From: Candidatus Krumholzibacteriia bacterium
GTDB lineage: Bacteria > Krumholzibacteriota > Krumholzibacteriia > WVZY01
DNA: 16,680 nucleotides
Assembly (NCBI GenBank): GCA_036478295.1
Contig: JAZGDW010000304.1
Location: forward strand, 1 to 16,680
Direction: 5' to 3'
A model generated the notes under the pieces. That model did no database searches. It was not told where the DNA came from and worked only from the letters and a program-made list of their open reading frames with translations. Below, one piece after another: positions 15,281 to 16,680 of this stretch (the first letter of the stretch is position 1; each line of letters begins with the position of its first letter). The position numbers and the translations under genes were made by a program.

Positions 15281-16680
15281 GTGGACAACAGGCATTTCCG
15301 ATTTGTGGCGGCGTTGATCCTCGTGCTACCTGTGTCCCAGTCGTGCGGCGGTGATGCGACGCCGACCGATCCCGCCGGCCCAGGGGGCAGCCAGCTGGTG
15401 TGGGATATCCAGCGAACGTCGCGTGTTTATCATTCGGTGTGGGCAAGCGGCCCCGACAGGGTTTTCACGGTCGGAGCAGGCGGTGCCATTCTCCATTACA
15501 ACGGCACCGCCTGGCGCACCATGACGAGCACCACCGCCTTTAGCCTCCTGGGAATCTGGGGAAGCTCGCCGAGTGACATCTTCGTAGTCGGTGACGTGGG
15601 CACCGTCCTTCGTTTCGACGGGTCGAGTTGGCTGCGGATCCCACTGGGGGTGTCCGGGCCGCTTTTCTCCGTATGGGGGAGTTCGGCAAACAATGTGTTC
15701 GCGGTGGGAAACGCAGGGACGATTCTTCGTTATGACGGCGGCCGCTGGAACCTCATGAACAGCAACACCAGCGAGTTGTTGCTCGACGTATGGGGTACGG
15801 CGGCGAATGACGTGTACGCAGTGGGAACGGGCGGCGCGATTGCGCACTACGACGGCAACACGTGGGGTGCCGCGGACACCGTGCCTCCTGTCACGCTGAC
15901 CGATGTGTGGGCCAGCGCATCTAACGACGTTTTCGTGGTGGGAGACGCCGGGACCATACTGCACTACGACGGCGCGAGGTGGAGAGGCATGAACAGTACG
16001 ACAGCGGTTGATCTCTCCGGGGTGTGGGGAAAGACCTTCGATGACGTGTACGCGGTGGGAGACTCCGGTACCGTTCTGCATTACAACGGCGCGCAGTGGA
16101 GCGGCGTGGCCAGCGGTTCGGGGGCGATGCTGCGCGAGCTAACGGGCGCACCGGGTAATCAGGTTTACGTGGTGGGCACAGCCGGGACGATTCTGCGCTA
16201 CGACGGTGCAGCGTGGGCGCCACTCATCAGCGGCGGTGGTGCGGAAGTGTTGCTGGCCGTCTGGGCGAATCCGGACGGCACGGCGTGGGCGGTCGGCGAT
16301 AATGGTGTCGTCCTCTCCTACGACGGCGCTCTGTGGAGCGCGGACGCGAGTTCGACGAGCGAGGATCTGCGGAGCGTATGGGGCAGGTCGGCAACGGACG
16401 CGTTCGCGGCAGGTCGTGCCGGAACCATCGTGCACTATGACGGCACGGGCTGGTCTCCACAGGCGACTCCCACACAAGAACAACTCCTCGATTTGTGGGG
16501 TTTTTCGTCAGGAGAAGTCTTCGCGGTGGGAAGAAACGGGGTCACGCTTTGCTACGACGGTGCGGTGTGGGACTCGATTCCCAGCGGCACGCCCGAGGAT
16601 CTGCTGAGCGTGTGGGGCACGTCACCAAACGATGTCTTTGCGGTTGGACGCGCGGGCCTTGTGCTCCACTACGATGGATT
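15281..16680 (+). CDS. Probable lipoprotein with tandem 39-aa beta-propeller repeats; 3'-truncated by the window edge
   Basis: Hand translation from GTG 15281 is open for 466 codons to the edge: MDNRHFRFVAALILVLPVSQS-CGGD (Cys22 at 15344), a Pro/Gly/Thr tether, then repeats. Not in the ORF track because there is no stop in the window. Confidence 0.88.
   Translation, partial: MDNRHFRFVAALILVLPVSQSCGGDATPTDPAGPGGSQLVWDIQRTSRVYHSVWASGPDRVFTVGAGGAILHYNGTAWRTMTSTTAFSLLGIWGSSPSDIFVVGDVGTVLRFDGSSWLRIPLGVSGPLFSVWGSSANNVFAVGNAGTILRYDGGRWNLMNSNTSELLLDVWGTAANDVYAVGTGGAIAHYDGNTWGAADTVPPVTLTDVWASASNDVFVVGDAGTILHYDGARWRGMNSTTAVDLSGVWGKTFDDVYAVGDSGTVLHYNGAQWSGVASGSGAMLRELTGAPGNQVYVVGTAGTILRYDGAAWAPLISGGGAEVLLAVWANPDGTAWAVGDNGVVLSYDGALWSADASSTSEDLRSVWGRSATDAFAAGRAGTIVHYDGTGWSPQATPTQEQLLDLWGFSSGEVFAVGRNGVTLCYDGAVWDSIPSGTPEDLLSVWGTSPNDVFAVGRAGLVLHYDG
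15428..16680 (+). repeat. At least 11 degenerate in-frame tandem repeats, 117-bp (39-aa) period
   Basis: Consensus LxxVWGxSxxDVxAVGxxGTILHYDGxxW; unit ends read YNGTAW, FDGSSW, YDGGRW, YDGNTW, YDGARW, YNGAQW, YDGAAW, YDGALW, YDGTGW, YDGAVW and YDG (edge). Confidence 0.92.

Noticed and set aside
15428..16680. 117-bp periodic repeat as a CRISPR array or diversity-generating retroelement repeat
   Set aside because: Repeats are degenerate at synonymous positions, in-frame and protein-coding; no identical direct repeats with unique spacers, and no cas or reverse transcriptase gene.

Overview
GC-rich bacterial chromosomal window of mostly ordinary, densely packed genes. I found no rRNA, tRNA, CRISPR array or mobile element. 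Two large genes run off the window edges and are absent from the ORF track; I translated both by hand. (1) At <1..2192 (-) is a secreted multidomain protein: signal peptide, probable propeptide, metzincin-like zinc protease (HETGHIFRACDEY plus Met-turn, Cys-rich), Pro linker, IPT/TIG Ig-like domain, right-handed beta-helix. (2) At 15281..>16680 (+) is a probable lipoprotein built from at least 11 tandem 39-aa beta-propeller blades. Between them lie a class I SAM methyltransferase; an RND adaptor plus permease pair with a non-canonical proton-relay signature and no outer-membrane factor; a minus-strand run GNAT - DegP/HtrA - ArsC-type LMWP reductase - FkbM methyltransferase; a DUF6614-like gene plus a second GNAT; an amidohydrolase divergent from amrS (AmmeMemoRadiSam radical SAM enzyme, here without amrA/amrB); a flavin reductase-like gene; and a small DUF4177-like gene. 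Several good sigma70-type promoters and structured intergenic stretches are visible. I cannot demonstrate a new biological system. The best candidates are the amidohydrolase/amrS/flavin-reductase module and the two edge proteins. All family assignments come from motif recognition, not database searches.
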